A stretch of 64,000 nt of DNA from Psammoneis japonica (Eukaryota): positions 196,142 through 260,141 of the forward strand of contig QPGO01000067.1 of assembly GCA_008632985.1 (NCBI GenBank), in the 5' to 3' direction. Both the position numbers and the translations under genes were made by a program. The notes beneath the pieces were generated by a model that saw nothing but the letters and a program-made list of their open reading frames with translations, made no database searches and was not told where the DNA came from. Within the stretch, counting starts at the first letter, position 1, and each line of letters opens with the position of its first letter. Below are positions 36,568 to 48,859 of this stretch, one piece after another.

Positions 36568-37344
36568 TCATTGGGACTCCATTTTCGTTTCTAATGACCT
36601 TGCCAAGTCGTCTGCTAATTGTGGCTCCAGCAATCCAAACGCCAGTGTCTCTTGCGTCTGATTCTCGCTTATTGTTTCAGTTAGCCATTCTTTGCTTGCC
36701 ATTGCTGCAATTCGAATAGCCTCGTTGGCTGGAAAGCCTCTCGCTCCCGCACCCAACAAGGGCGTTGCGACTCGTTGAGACTTGCAAAAAGCAAGCTTGA
36801 AGGCATGTCGATAACACGATTCCAGCGTACTTTCGGGATCTTTATCGTGTCGATAAAAGGGCGGTGTCGTGTGAACAACATAATCATAGCGGCGATTCAA
36901 TTCTCCCGGTGCAGTCGTTGCCACAGCGGTACCAACGGGACAACAATCCTCTTTTTGAAATCGCTTCAAGGCACATTCGGCATGCAATCTCCATCCGCCC
37001 AATTGATGAACGAGTCCATCGACTACCGAAACGGGATACAGCATGCCTCCACCCACCTCCATGCCACCCCACTGCGACACGTGACCGAGTGGCTGCCAAT
37101 CCTTGTGCATGGACTTTGGTGTCTCGGTAGGAACGGGACCGCCCTTTGGAAAGTATGGAAAATTACTAGTCCCCGTCAATTGCGCATTGGAGGGATTAAT
37201 GAGGGTGGTGCAGTGGACGCTGGTGGTCTTTCCGAAATTGGTAACAATGCACGTCGTTTGCCAAATTTCAACGTTTCGTGTATTGTTGTGGAATTGATGC
37301 AAGAGTTTGGGTACAACAGATGACTTGTAGAATGCCTTCGACAT
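36568..37344 (-). CDS. Macrodomain (O-acetyl-ADP-ribose deacetylase-like) protein
   Basis: LINPSNAQL, GGG..VDGLVHQLGG, CPVGTAVATT, VVHTTPPFY, LESCYRHAF, VATPLLGAGARGFP. Confidence 0.85.
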   Translation of the reverse strand: MSKAFYKSSVVPKLLHQFHNNTRNVEIWQTTCIVTNFGKTTSVHCTTLINPSNAQLTGTSNFPYFPKGGPVPTETPKSMHKDWQPLGHVSQWGGMEVGGGMLYPVSVVDGLVHQLGGWRLHAECALKRFQKEDCCPVGTAVATTAPGELNRRYDYVVHTTPPFYRHDKDPESTLESCYRHAFKLAFCKSQRVATPLLGAGARGFPANEAIRIAAMASKEWLTETISENQTQETLAFGLLEPQLADDLARSLETKMESQ

Positions 37345-37815
37345 GCTGCTTGCTATTAGAGCATCTCTCGTCGTCGTTGTGGTTGCTTTCGTTTCAAAGT
37401 CATGGTCGGAGGGGGGAAAATTCGAAAACTCGTTCCGACACGTCATTCTGGCAGAACACAAAGTCAATCGGGAACATGATCGATCACAGAAACAGACAAA
37501 AATATTTCAAGCACCGGGTTACCAAATCTTTGATGATGCGATTCGAACTCCCCGTAGCTTCAATACCACAAAATGTGTATGTACATCTGACTACGAAAGC
37601 TACGTAGTCCGAAAATGCTTCTCTTGCTTCCAACGAACGAGCTCCGAAAAATTCACACAACGCACGCACACTTTCACAGCGACAAAGAGCACAAAACAAG
37701 ACCTCGCTGAGCATCTGCACTCTCGGTGTCAAGTCTATCGACGTCCAAGACCTCGCAAAAGATCGCATTCATCTGATATCGACGAGCTCTGTGATCTCTC
37801 TGTTGAAATTCAAAA

Positions 37816-38922
37816 ATGGCAGGACCGGATGAAGAAAGCAAAAAGATGGACGTAGAAGAAGAGGCTCCGGCTAGAGAAGAAGAAGAAGCTGCAGCACAAC
37901 AACAGGAAGATCAAGACGATGTAGTCGAGCGCATTGTTCGAGAAGTAGTTGACGGAGAAAAGCCTGCTTCTATTCCTGCATCTCCGGGAACTACGGCTTC
38001 AGGAAAGAAGAAGCGCCTCTGTCGCTATCCGGGTTGTACGAGGGTGATCAAGTCTCAGGGTCACTGTCAACGTCACGGTGCCAAGGCGAAGCGTTGCAAG
38101 GTGGAGGGATGTGAGAAGCAAGCGCAGGGCACGCACGATGGCATGTGCAAGCGTCATTGGAAGTCGATTAACTGTCCCTCGCCACCGCCCAAACCAGAAT
38201 CCATGCCGCCTGAACCAGAAGGCGAATCGGTCTATGACAAGATTCTTCCTGCTTCCATCGCGTTTCGACCCATGTCGAATGCTCTACTCAAGGCTGCCAA
38301 GAGAGCAGAAGAAGAAAAGTCGTCGGAAAACGGCGACGAAGAAGAAGCTTCGGCTTCTACTAGTAGCAAGTTTTCGTCCGATATGCCGCTCGTGACGTTT
38401 CTTCATGAAGGACTGTCCAAGGCACCGGGATGGCATCGCGTTGAGGAGCGACGTGCTCGTGGGCAGTTTCCTCTCGCCTCGGTTTCATCCCAGTTGGAAC
38501 CGTGGGAACGACAGCTGGCAATCTTTGAGGTGTGTTTGCTCAGTGGCGGTGTCGAAAAGGCCAACTTTTCGGATTTGGCCCATGCGTGGGGACGAGAAAA
38601 GGGATTCCATCAACTCTTGGTTCAGGCTGTCTGTGAGCGTCGGGGTGAAGTGGAACGTAAGAAACGGAGTGATTACGGCAAGACCCTGACTCAAGAGGAG
38701 CGAGATGCGTTTCGGGCCAAGCTCAAGAAAGCGCGTACGTCGCGCTCAGGCAGTGGCTCAGGCAGTGAGGCTGGAGTCGCCATTGCGGGAGAAGAACAAG
38801 CAGCGGGAGAACAACAGCAACAACAAGAGGCTGCTGCCGCGGCCGAGCCGGCCGAAGAAGAGCTCAAGCCAGCGTCTGTCGAAGCTGATGAAGTGGGCGA
38901 ACCAGCGTCCGTGTCCGTGTAG
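37816..38922 (+). CDS. WRKY19-like zinc-finger repeat protein
   Basis: CRYPGCTRVIKSQGHCQRHG and CKVEGCEKQAQGTHDGMCKRH repeats. Confidence 0.8.
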   Translation: MAGPDEESKKMDVEEEAPAREEEEAAAQQQEDQDDVVERIVREVVDGEKPASIPASPGTTASGKKKRLCRYPGCTRVIKSQGHCQRHGAKAKRCKVEGCEKQAQGTHDGMCKRHWKSINCPSPPPKPESMPPEPEGESVYDKILPASIAFRPMSNALLKAAKRAEEEKSSENGDEEEASASTSSKFSSDMPLVTFLHEGLSKAPGWHRVEERRARGQFPLASVSSQLEPWERQLAIFEVCLLSGGVEKANFSDLAHAWGREKGFHQLLVQAVCERRGEVERKKRSDYGKTLTQEERDAFRAKLKKARTSRSGSGSGSEAGVAIAGEEQAAGEQQQQQEAAAAAEPAEEELKPASVEADEVGEPASVSV

Positions 38923-39260
38923 AGAAGGCTGCAGTATGGCAACAAAGCGACTTAGCGTACTAGGATCATCAACGAGAAGGAATTGCATAGTTTCCGAGGG
39001 GGTGAAATTCAGAGCGTTCATAGATGATAACAATAGTATTTGTAAAAGTTCAAGAAGCAACTTCTGAAGTTGCAACACACTTCTGTATCCAGAATGCAGG
39101 GAATTGGACATAGCGTACAAGCATCATCGACAGGAGAAAGCACCATTTCCGAGTGGGGTGAATCCACAGCGTCCATGATGTGTTGATAAAAAAAAAATAG
39201 AATTACTAAATTACTTTTTACATCCTAAGCCGTAGATCTGAATCCCTCCATACATTGCAA

Positions 39261-40071
39261 TCAAAGCTCTTGTCCGTTAAGTAAGCCAAGAGCAACGTCT
39301 TCCAACTCCATGGGTTCCACTCCAGAGAACGATTCCACGCTTCCTTCTTGATCAATCACGTAATACGTGGCAAAGTTCCACTGAATGCTGGCGGGACCTG
39401 CCTTGTGTTTGAGGTACTTGTAGACTAGACTGGCATTGGGTCCATTGACGTCCACCTTGTCCATCATTGTGAATTCGACACCCTTGTTGGCTGCAAACTG
39501 TTTAATGACAGAGCACGGTTCGGGCTCTTGCCGTCCAAACTGATTGCAGGGAAAGGCCAGAATCTCGACTGGCGTGCCCTCCAAGGCCTTGTGCAACTGA
39601 ACCAATCCCCTGTAGTGAGATTCCGTATACCCACACTGACTGGCCACGTTGGTGACAATGACAATCTTGTCCTTGAATTTATCGAATTTCACCACTTTGC
39701 CATCAATATCTTTTGCTTCCAAGTCATAAAAGGACTTGACGCGTTGCAACTCTTTTGCTTGTTCTTTCAAGACTTGTTCGTGCTGCTTGCAGGCAGAGGC
39801 GCATTCCTTGTTCATGTATTCAGGATTTCTCTCGCACTCGCCCTAGAGTAAAGAGTAGTTCAATACAGCCGAGAGAGTCAGTGTAAGATCATAAGGTGTC
39901 ATTGAAAGCAGAGAATCTCTACGTACAACTTGTGCATCTTCGAATCTAAACTCTTACCATCTCCGCCCATTCTAGGCATTCCTTATGAGTATCAGAAGCT
40001 ACAGAGGATATCCATACGACCAGCAAGGTGAGAGAGAGAAAGCGAGAAAGAGCAGAGAGCCTCATCGTCAT
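39261..40071 (-). CDS. Secreted ShKT-domain / glutathione peroxidase fusion (Cys-type GPx)
   Basis: Signal peptide. DTHKECLEWAEM|GECERNPEYMNKECASAC (ShKT) spans intron 39843-39957. TNVASQCGYT, ILAFPCNQFG.QEP, IQWNF. Confidence 0.88.
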
Positions 40072-40584
40072 GGATGCTGTTGCTTCAGCAGCAAGAGACG
40101 ATCGACGAAAACGAATGACCGCATGAGCTCGCGATCTTCGATTTTGCATCTTGCCCGCGCGCGCTCAAGTGTGCAGAACATGTCATTGATCATGATTAGG
40201 CTGATATTCTTCAAAACATACCATTTTTGAAATTTTGGCAGTTTAACTATTAGATGTCTATTTAACGACAGTCATCCGTTGAGAGCACCTGCCCTTCTAA
40301 CAATTCAGCCGTTGAATCGATAATAAACTATAGTTCTTAAAATAAATATGATGGGTTTTCGCGCCTTATTTGGAGTCTTATGAACGAATAACACGTATGT
40401 GTGTATCAATTCACGGCGAAACTCCACCCACTAACTCGGAGCCAACCGCCAAATTTCAAGTTGTTGTTGGCTGTTATCAAGCGAGCCACCTCTATCATTG
40501 TTTTTCGAATTGAGCAATCCGGGGTCGGTACGTCATTAAAATTACACAACACTTTACACACACACACACACAAATTATTGAACA

Positions 40585-42342
40585 ATGACGATGATTGCGG
40601 TACGTTTCGTCTTGGCCTGCTGTCTATTGATGAGCCAGGTCACGTCGCAAAGAAGACTTGGGGCTCCTGCCGACGACTCGCTAGTTTCAGATTTGGCAAA
40701 GTTCTGCGACGAGCAAGAAAAGGCTGCAATGGAAACCGAAATATCAGTATCTGACTCTACAATGCGCTTTAACAACAAGTGCATGTGCGGGTTTCTAAAG
40801 ACTCCGCATGAAGTATTGCCAGAGTCGGCTGCTGCGAAAACTGTCACCCTGGGTGGAGACAATGGCATGTCGTCAATGACAGTCTGCTCGAACGGCTTTG
40901 CCAGGGATGCTGGTAGCGGACAAGCGTATCCATGTAAAAACGTTGACCTTTTGGCTCATATGAGTAACCAGCAAGTCAACGGAGCTGTTGAGCCCAACGG
41001 TATCCTGAACGATATCTGGGGTTGGACTGACCCTAAAACAGGAAAAGAGTACGCACTTGTCGGCACCTATTCAGGAACTGTCTTTGTCGACATTACGATT
41101 CCGGGGTCCCCCGTAAATTTGGGCAAGCTTGTCTCTCATGCAGGAGGTAAAACATCCTGGCGAGACATCAAGACTTACGGCAACTACGCCTATGTCGTTG
41201 CCGAGACACTCAATCATGGGATGCAAGTCTTTGACCTAACGAGACTTCGGAGACTTTCAGGAAGTCCCAAACGCACCTTTGACGCCGATTTTCACTACGC
41301 TGGTTTTGGAAACGCGCATAACATTGCCATCAACGAACAATCTGGCTTTGCATACGCGGTCGGTACAAGAGCTTGTGAAGGAGGAGGAATGCACATTATG
41401 AATATTAAGACTCCACGATCACCAAAATTTGCAGGATGCTTCAGCAAAGGGTATGTTCACGATGTGCAGTGCGTGATCTACTCCGGACCTGACTCGCAAC
41501 ACAATGGTAAAGAGATCTGCTTTGCTTCAATGGCAAGTCGAGTTATGATTGTGGACGTAACAAACAAGAGCAACATGATTGTTCTATCCTCAACCTCATA
41601 CCAACTGAGTGACAAAACGTACACGCATCAAGGTGAGTTGTGTCACGTACTACGGTATCTGCCCTTGTTTGAGTCACTCTTTCCTCACTTTTTTTGCCTT
41701 CACTCGTAACTAGGTTGGCTCACCCAGGACCAAAGATACTTTGTTTTCGGAGACGAGACGGATGAGACAGAGTTTAAAGTCCCAACTCGAACGTACGTGC
41801 TCAATGTTCAGAATTTGGATAGTCCTTTCATGGCGAACAGATATGATGCGCGGACGGGCGCCATTGATCACAACCAGTACATCAACGGCAATTTCGTTTA
41901 CCAAGCAAACTACCGAGCTGGTCTCCGGATTCTCGAAATGACCGGTGCCAGATTAAATGAGGTGGGATACTTTGATATCTGGCCCGGCGACGATGCACCT
42001 GCATTTAATGGTGCGTGGTCGTCGTATCCATTCTTTTCTTCCGGGACAGTTATTGTCAGTGGGATCGAGCAAGGGCTGTTTGTCCTCAAGCCGACAGTTG
42101 GCCCGTCACAAATTTCTCCGAAATCCATCAACTGCTCTACCATTAAGCGATCATCCGCATGCCGCAGTCAAAACGGAAAGTGCGTTTGGAAGCGGATATG
42201 GTGTCAAAACACAGACTCGAGTGATCTCTCATCCGTGCCATGCGAAGAGCTCATGCATAGGCAAGCTTGTGACAGTCAATGGCAAAGGTGTCTGTTCGAA
42301 TATACGCTTGGTGGATCTTCCTGTGTCACTAAGTCGCCCTAG
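40585..42342 (+). CDS. Secreted choice-of-anchor B (LVIVD beta-propeller) protein, paralog 1, with C-terminal Cys-rich repeats
   Basis: YPCKNVDLL, NDIWGWTDP.TGKEYALVG, SWRDIK, HGMQVFDLTRLR, AHNIAINE, GYVHDVQCV.Y.GPD, YTHQGW, AIDHNQY, YQANYRAGLRIL, GAWS.YPFF.SG. Intron 41633-41713. Confidence 0.9.
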
Positions 42343-42479
42343 TGAAGATAGTTCAGAGCGTTGTCGCGCCACTCCCAACGTGAGAGGCTTAATGTTAATA
42401 TAACACCGATAGTCACATGCAATAGTCCTCTTCTGTAACTAGAGTATAGTGCGGTAGTCCTAGCGATGCATGTCGTCAA

Positions 42480-45400
42480 AAAAAATCTGGGAGGGGGGGG
42501 GGGAGCTTTGCCCGCGAGGCCCCTCCATGAAATTCGAAAACATTTGGCCACAGAAGAAATGCCGCCCCCCCCCACCCCATTGCCCGCAGCAATTCCGCAT
42601 GTGTGAAAAATCGAAATTGCCAGGCCAATCTCTTGTCAAATTTTTTTTTCATCAGCACCAAGAACGTTGTCGCGCAGAAACACTTTTGTCATTCCTTTTC
42701 AAGAAATGAAGGTCAGAGGCAGCATTGAAGCATCTCATCACAATGCTTGTCCTCATTGTTGTGCCCAATCTTCAGCCACCCCCAAAGCCAGTCATGTCAC
42801 TTCTTGAAGTGAAAAGACGGCGCAAAAGAACACACTGAATTGACGGAATGGGTTGACAAACCATGCCCAGCAACAGGTTGAATAAATGTTGAAATTGTCT
42901 GTTGGCCACAAAGTGGGCCTTGTGCAGCTCTGATTGTCTGCCGGAACAACAGCAGGTCAGCTGTTTCTGTGTCATTGCCTCCATGAGCCACATGTCTCAA
43001 ACCCCACATGACCCCCCTGGCCGGAACAATTTGGAAGAATTGGCCAAATTTTGACCCCCTGGTCTAGAGCCACAAAATGCGCACAATGTGATGGTTGTTG
43101 GTCTCTTGCACTTTTGGCCAACATCTTGTGAGAATGGAGCAGGTGTGCAGTGTTCATTGAACCCAGTCAGTGCATGAAAAAGTCGTGTCATCTGGTCATG
43201 ACACAGCCAGGCTGTGCTCTTCATGCAACATCTTTGCAGTCACCCAAGTTGAGCCAGTCTCTTGGTTCACACCATGTGGGCACAAATGTCTCCTCCTTGC
43301 ATTTTGGCTGTTGCACACATGCACTTTGTGGCGCAACACTTGTCGTGTGTGTGTTTTGCCAGAGCACACACAGCACCCATTCATGGAATGCCCGTTTCCA
43401 CTCACTGTCAAAATTCTGGCTTAAACCCAGATGGGTGGAATTCTGAAGTTCAGCCAGAGCTCTAAAAACAAGGTCCATGTTTTCAACTTTGATGCAATTG
43501 ATTTTGTGTCAAGAGGGGAAGTTGCAATGAAGCCCACAGCAACACAACAAAACACGCGCAAGCAGCAGATGCACAAAACAACACTGGCACTTGTTGATGA
43601 TGTCACCACTTTGGAGCAAGATGTTTTGCTGCTCATGCTCCATGTGCAAACAGGCCACAAAGTCACCTTTGTTTCATCACACAGAATTGGCCTGTTTGTG
43701 TGCTGATTGGATCTTGCCAAGAGACTTTGATGTGCCAAAATCCAGGAGCTGGCCTGGCCAGAATGTTCATTTTGGCCATTGTTTCTCATGTCATTTTTGC
43801 ACATTGGAGATGGTGGATTTGAGCTTTTCACCAGGGGCACTTTGCCCCCAATGTGCTGCAGATTTGTCAATTGCACAAATGAGCTGCAGTCTCACAACAC
43901 TTTTGTGAGTGTGGCAGTTTGGGGAAGACACTTGTGGGCTCCAAAACAGGTCTGATCCTTGTGAGACAAAGCAATGATGGTTTTTTGGGTGTGGTCACAG
44001 ATTTGGATCTGCGGGCTTCTAATTTAAGCTCACGTTGAAGGCAGGCTTGCCATTTTCTTTGAGTGACACAAGCTGGACATTGCATTGAGCAAACAGCATT
44101 GGGAAAAGGAGCAAAGCAATGCTGAGCACCTGTCAGTGGCATGGAGTGCCAGAAAACTGGGCTGCTTCCAGAATGACAGCTGCTCCCTGTTGCAAAGTTA
44201 GAGACATCTGTGATCATTTTTCTGGCTTCTTGGGCCAAACAGAGTTCATGTGCACCACTTTGCACACTTCAAGCTCTGGGCTTGGGTGAGCCCCAGCTGA
44301 GAAGTGCAATTTCTCATCCCATCCATGTGAGAGGCCACATGTGTGCAACAGCACAGAGCTCTTTTTTTGTTGCTCTCATTTTGCCCCCCCCACACATCAT
44401 TTTGCCAACTGAAGCTGCTGTGTTGGTTTGAAGCTGATGAGCCCCTGCCTCCCCTCTCTGAAGCAAGTTTGTTTGAATCCAGACCCACCTCTCCTGTCAA
44501 CCTTGACAATGGTTCTCCTGACAGCTCCCCCATTGCTGGAAGTGGTCTTACCCCCCTCCACTGCTGCCAATGCAGCTGCCGCCAATGCTTGCCATTGTGT
44601 GTTGTTCAACAATGATGGTGTGTCAGCCCTCAGCAAGGACAGAGCCCCTCAGATGCTCCTGAGTTCATTGTTGCTGATTCTCTTGAGGGTGCTTTGAGTT
44701 TTCCTTCAATGTCACATTGGGCAGATGTCACATCACCTCCCTCTGTTGGTGCTGATTTGTCAGGACATCCCTCATTTGATCCTGAGAATCCACTCAGACC
44801 CACCCGTGAGCTTGCACCCGACAAGGACTTTGACACACCTCCAGTTTGCTCACCAAGCATTGCACTCTTGGTGCAACTTCTCCATGTTTGTTGTTGTTCC
44901 GGCATTGCAACAGGCTTCATTGACAAAGTCATGAGAACAATTCATGAGGAGCACACTGAAAAATGAGTTGATTTGCTTGGATGCTTGAGTGCCTGTTCAC
45001 ATGCATGAACAATGTGCGCAGACATTCTTGCCATGATTGGAAGCAAATGTTGCACATGCACTGTCAGCAGCAAGCTGGTTGCCCACAAACCAACCAACTG
45101 GCAATTTTCTCCTGCATGCATCGTTGGCTCCAACAGAACTGCCAATGCAAGTTTGCACTCACTTCCTGGGAAAGAGGAGTGTCAGTGTCACTCTCTGCAT
45201 TGCCGCCTTTTGACTCAGAATGATCCACGCAGTCTCATTTCTGCCCACTTTCACAGGAGGGATGAAACCCAGGTGTTCTGGAACAGCTCACCAAAAAATT
45301 CCCTTCCTTGGATTCTTGGTCTGTCTTTGCCTCCAGGAACAGATCATTGAAGCATTTGATGCCCATGTCTGTCCAAAAATCTCTGTCTTTTGGGGTCCAT

Positions 45401-46435
45401 GCTGTGCTGAGGTGTTGCTGGCTCATCAGGTGGCTGTCTTTTTCCATCCTTCTTTGGCTGGTCCTTTCCCACTTCTCTTGCCAAACATTCCAGCAGCTCT
45501 CAAGTGTGGCAAGGCACAAAGCCTCATCACTCACTGTGATGAGGTTCGCCATCTTCTCCTGTCCTGCCTTGATTTTTTGCCACCCAGTCACATCACACTC
45601 TTGACAAACACAAGCACATTCTCAAGGAACCAGCAGTGCACATCCCTGTTTTTCCTCTTCTTCTGCACAATTGAGCCCCGTGTTGAGCGGAGGACTTGTT
45701 CTTGGTGCTTGCTGTTTGCTGAGTCTCTTGTTCTTAGGGTGGTGGTTCTTTCTCTTCAAAGCTGCAGTGGGGACAAACCAGAAGAACATGCTGGTGACTG
45801 CACCAGGGAAATTCGCCAAATCCATCCACAATGCACTGTGCCTTTCATCATGTTTTGCATCACCCACTGTGTCACCATGCTGTGCTTGCCATTGATTGTG
45901 TTGGTGACGCATCAACAGGCTCAACCCTCCCACATCCCCTCCCATTCCTTCTTGTCATGCTTGCCTCCTGCTGTGTTCCTGTGTGTCAACCTGCTCACCT
46001 TCCCCCACCAGAACTCTGTCTGTGCCAGAAACTTTGCCTTTGGGAAGAGCAAAGTCCTCGTCACGTCCCAAACTGTTCATTGTGAGTTCTTGTGGTTGAC
46101 GAGGTGCCTGTTCTTTGCATTGCCGCCTGGAGGCGTGGACTCAAAGGTGCTGCCGCCACCCTTGTGTTGCTGGTCAACCCCCCAGTGGGCACACCCAGAC
46201 ATTAGTGTGTGCAGCCTGCATGGCAAGAGAGCTGATGCCCTCATCAGGTGCAGCACACACCCTTGTCTTGCATTGCATGTTGAGGGAAACCCATTTTCTG
46301 TGTGCTGTCTGGGCCCCTTTTGGTCCTTTTCCCCATTGCCTGCAGTGACCGACTTGTGGCATCGTTGCGATCCAACAACATCAGGACATGGCATGGACTG
46401 CACTTTCTTTTTTGGTTGAAAGGTGGGCGAAGTCA
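42480..46435. mobile_element. TpA-depleted hypermutated block B: degenerate repeat-like sequence and gene fragments
   Basis: About 10 TA in ~3950 bp by manual scan. Minus-strand remnant ITVSDEALCLATLESCWNVW...WTDMGIKCFNDLF..AK.DQ (45235-45591). Element class not identifiable. Confidence 0.65.
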
Positions 46436-46554
46436 AAATACCATATTATCTAAATAATAGGGAAATAGAAATGGGTTCTATATAGAACATAATACAGTTG
46501 CAGCCCTTCTTCGCACTTCCATTCCCAAATTCCTTCATTCCTTGATTCTTCTCG

Positions 46555-48695
46555 TTACATTTGCAGCCTCATGTCGTAGTCCTTGTATGCGAACGTCTTG
46601 GACTTCTTCAGGGTGATCGGCATCCTAACCTTGCCGGATTGGCACTCATAAGCTATGACGAGCTCGGGTTTTGGCAGCAACTGGTCGACTCCTGGCATCT
46701 TGATGTCCTGTCTCATGTACACACAGGAGAATTTCTTCAGGGCCTTCTTTTCATTATCGTGGTGGTCCTTGTTCCAACGGTTGCAAATGCTCCTCGAGAA
46801 GTTGATCACAAGGTCATCCCGGCCCTTCCAATCTGGCTGCTTCAGCATTTTTGTGTTGTACATGAGCTTGAAAATGGCCTTGTACTTGGGCATCTTGCTT
46901 ATCGCTGCGGGTTCGACACGGCTCAGCTTGTAGATGTGGTTGGTGTCGGGGTCAACGTCAGGGTTCGAATCTGGCAGGTACGTTTCCCACATAGCCATCT
47001 CATCATCCGTGGCGTAGATCGGTGGGCCTGGGTCCGCGTTCAAGAACTGGTACCGGAACAGGTCGATCTCAGTCCCGTCCTCAAGCACACCCGGCATCAG
47101 AAACCAACCGTCACCGAAACTGATCTTGCCGAACATCCCCACCGCTGCTTTAACCCCGTCCAATATGCCACCTTCGTCTGCAGCGGTGTCCAAAGCTTCT
47201 TCTTTTTGTGCTTGAGGGGATAGAAATCCTTGAGGTTGCTAGGAATGATGATCCACAGTAGCATCACCAATGGGACGGTCCAATGGAGGAACTGCACCCT
47301 CACGAAACGATCGGCCTTCACGATCATCGATTCGACCACGGAAGATGACGGAGATGGGTTCTTCTCCCCTTCTTCCTCTTCCACAGTTTTGTCTCCATCC
47401 TCTTTGTCGTCCTTCAGCAGATCGACCTTCCAGTTGAACGGTTTTGATTCCCAGAACGAACCGGGGAGCATCGTTAACCAGAACACCATGCAGTAGTGGG
47501 GGAACAAACCGAGCTCCATCCCGAGGATGAACCCGAGGTGCAATGAGAGGAAGCTAAAGGCAGCAATGTACCTCATGAGCTTGACCTTGTACGGGACATA
47601 CAGGAGGATGGGCCCGGCGTACTCCAAGATCATCGTCGCGTGCGTCAAACTCCACCACACGGGTTTGTAAATCCGGATCAAACCGGCGAACGGCTCCTTC
47701 TTGTAGAGTTTCTTCTGCATGACGAGGTACACGGCATTCCCGTTCAGCCACAATGGTTCCCGGTGGTGTTTGATGTCCGCCGAGAAAAAGTACAGGCTGA
47801 AGAGCTGGAAGACCATGCACATCGTCGCGCCGTTGATGATCCTCGACGACGCCAGGCGGTTCTTCGCTTTGAGGGCCGGGTCGAGGATCGAATCGAACGA
47901 CCACAGCGCGTTCGATGGCATAAACAGCATGTATATCAAAAGGTGGACAACGACCCGGTCCCCGGCGTTGTCACACTTGAATACCCTTCGCTGCAAACAA
48001 ATATGACAAAATAAAAGAGCAGACAATCAAAGGGAACAGAAATTTGATTAGGACCGCCGTTCACGCCCCAACAAACTTCCCGATTAAATCAGTGTAAATG
48101 GAAATTGAACAAGCCTTTTCCTTACCTGGAACGACAGCTCCAAGATCCATAGTAGGATGTTGGCGGATTTGGTGTAGTACCCGCACAGGAACATCAGGGC
48201 GGCGACGACCTCCAACAGCAAGCAGAAGTATGCCCACGCGTCGCTCTTCGACACGAACAGGACGCTGATGATGTTCTGGTCAAACATCCCGTTTTCGGAG
48301 TGGTGGAACCTCACAAGGTCCTGCGGATAAATCCCCGATTCCAAGTAAAACATCTCGAACAGGTCGTACCTCCCGTAGAGCCGGACCAGCAAACACAACG
48401 ACACCAGAATCCGGACGACCGTGACCGACCGGACGTCGACCGACAACATCTCCTTGCAGTTCTCCCAAACGTTCGTAACGAACCCTCCACTGGTATCCAT
48501 GGTCACGGTCGCACTGCTAATCGCATTAGATGGGGCGTCGTCGGGGACCGGTTCCGACCCGGCTTTCGTGTCCGCTCCGTCGTCACCATCATCGATCTCA
48601 CCAACATCACCATCGTTGTCATTTTCTTCTTTCTCTTCCTTCTTTTCCTCCTCTTTCCACAACAGCGTCGTCGTCTCATCATCGTCGACGCCCAT
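46555..48695 (-). CDS. HTTM-domain (vitamin K-dependent carboxylase-like) membrane protein
   Basis: DVRS..VVRI...FY.ESGIYP, NAGD, WSFDS, LYFFSA..K, W.NGNAVY, LTH....LEY..P, LHLGF..GMELGLFP, GLKQRW(G)MF. Intron 47991-48125; 1-bp slip at ~47140. Confidence 0.85.
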
Positions 48696-48859
48696 CGTGC
48701 TGCCCTACAGTATACTCGGTGCTTGCGAGAGATACAGGCACAACTTCTGCAACAAGATGCTTTCAGCACAAAGCGTACAAGTTTAGTCGTGTATTATTTG
48801 AAATTTTAAAGAATTTATGGAAATATTTGGGTCAACGGTCGCGGCCGTTATTTGGTAAC

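Noticed and set aside
45220..46419. 399-aa plus-strand ORF as a real gene
   Set aside because: It is Tyr-free, lies in a TA-depleted block and is antisense to the only recognisable remnant. It is open only through stop-codon loss.
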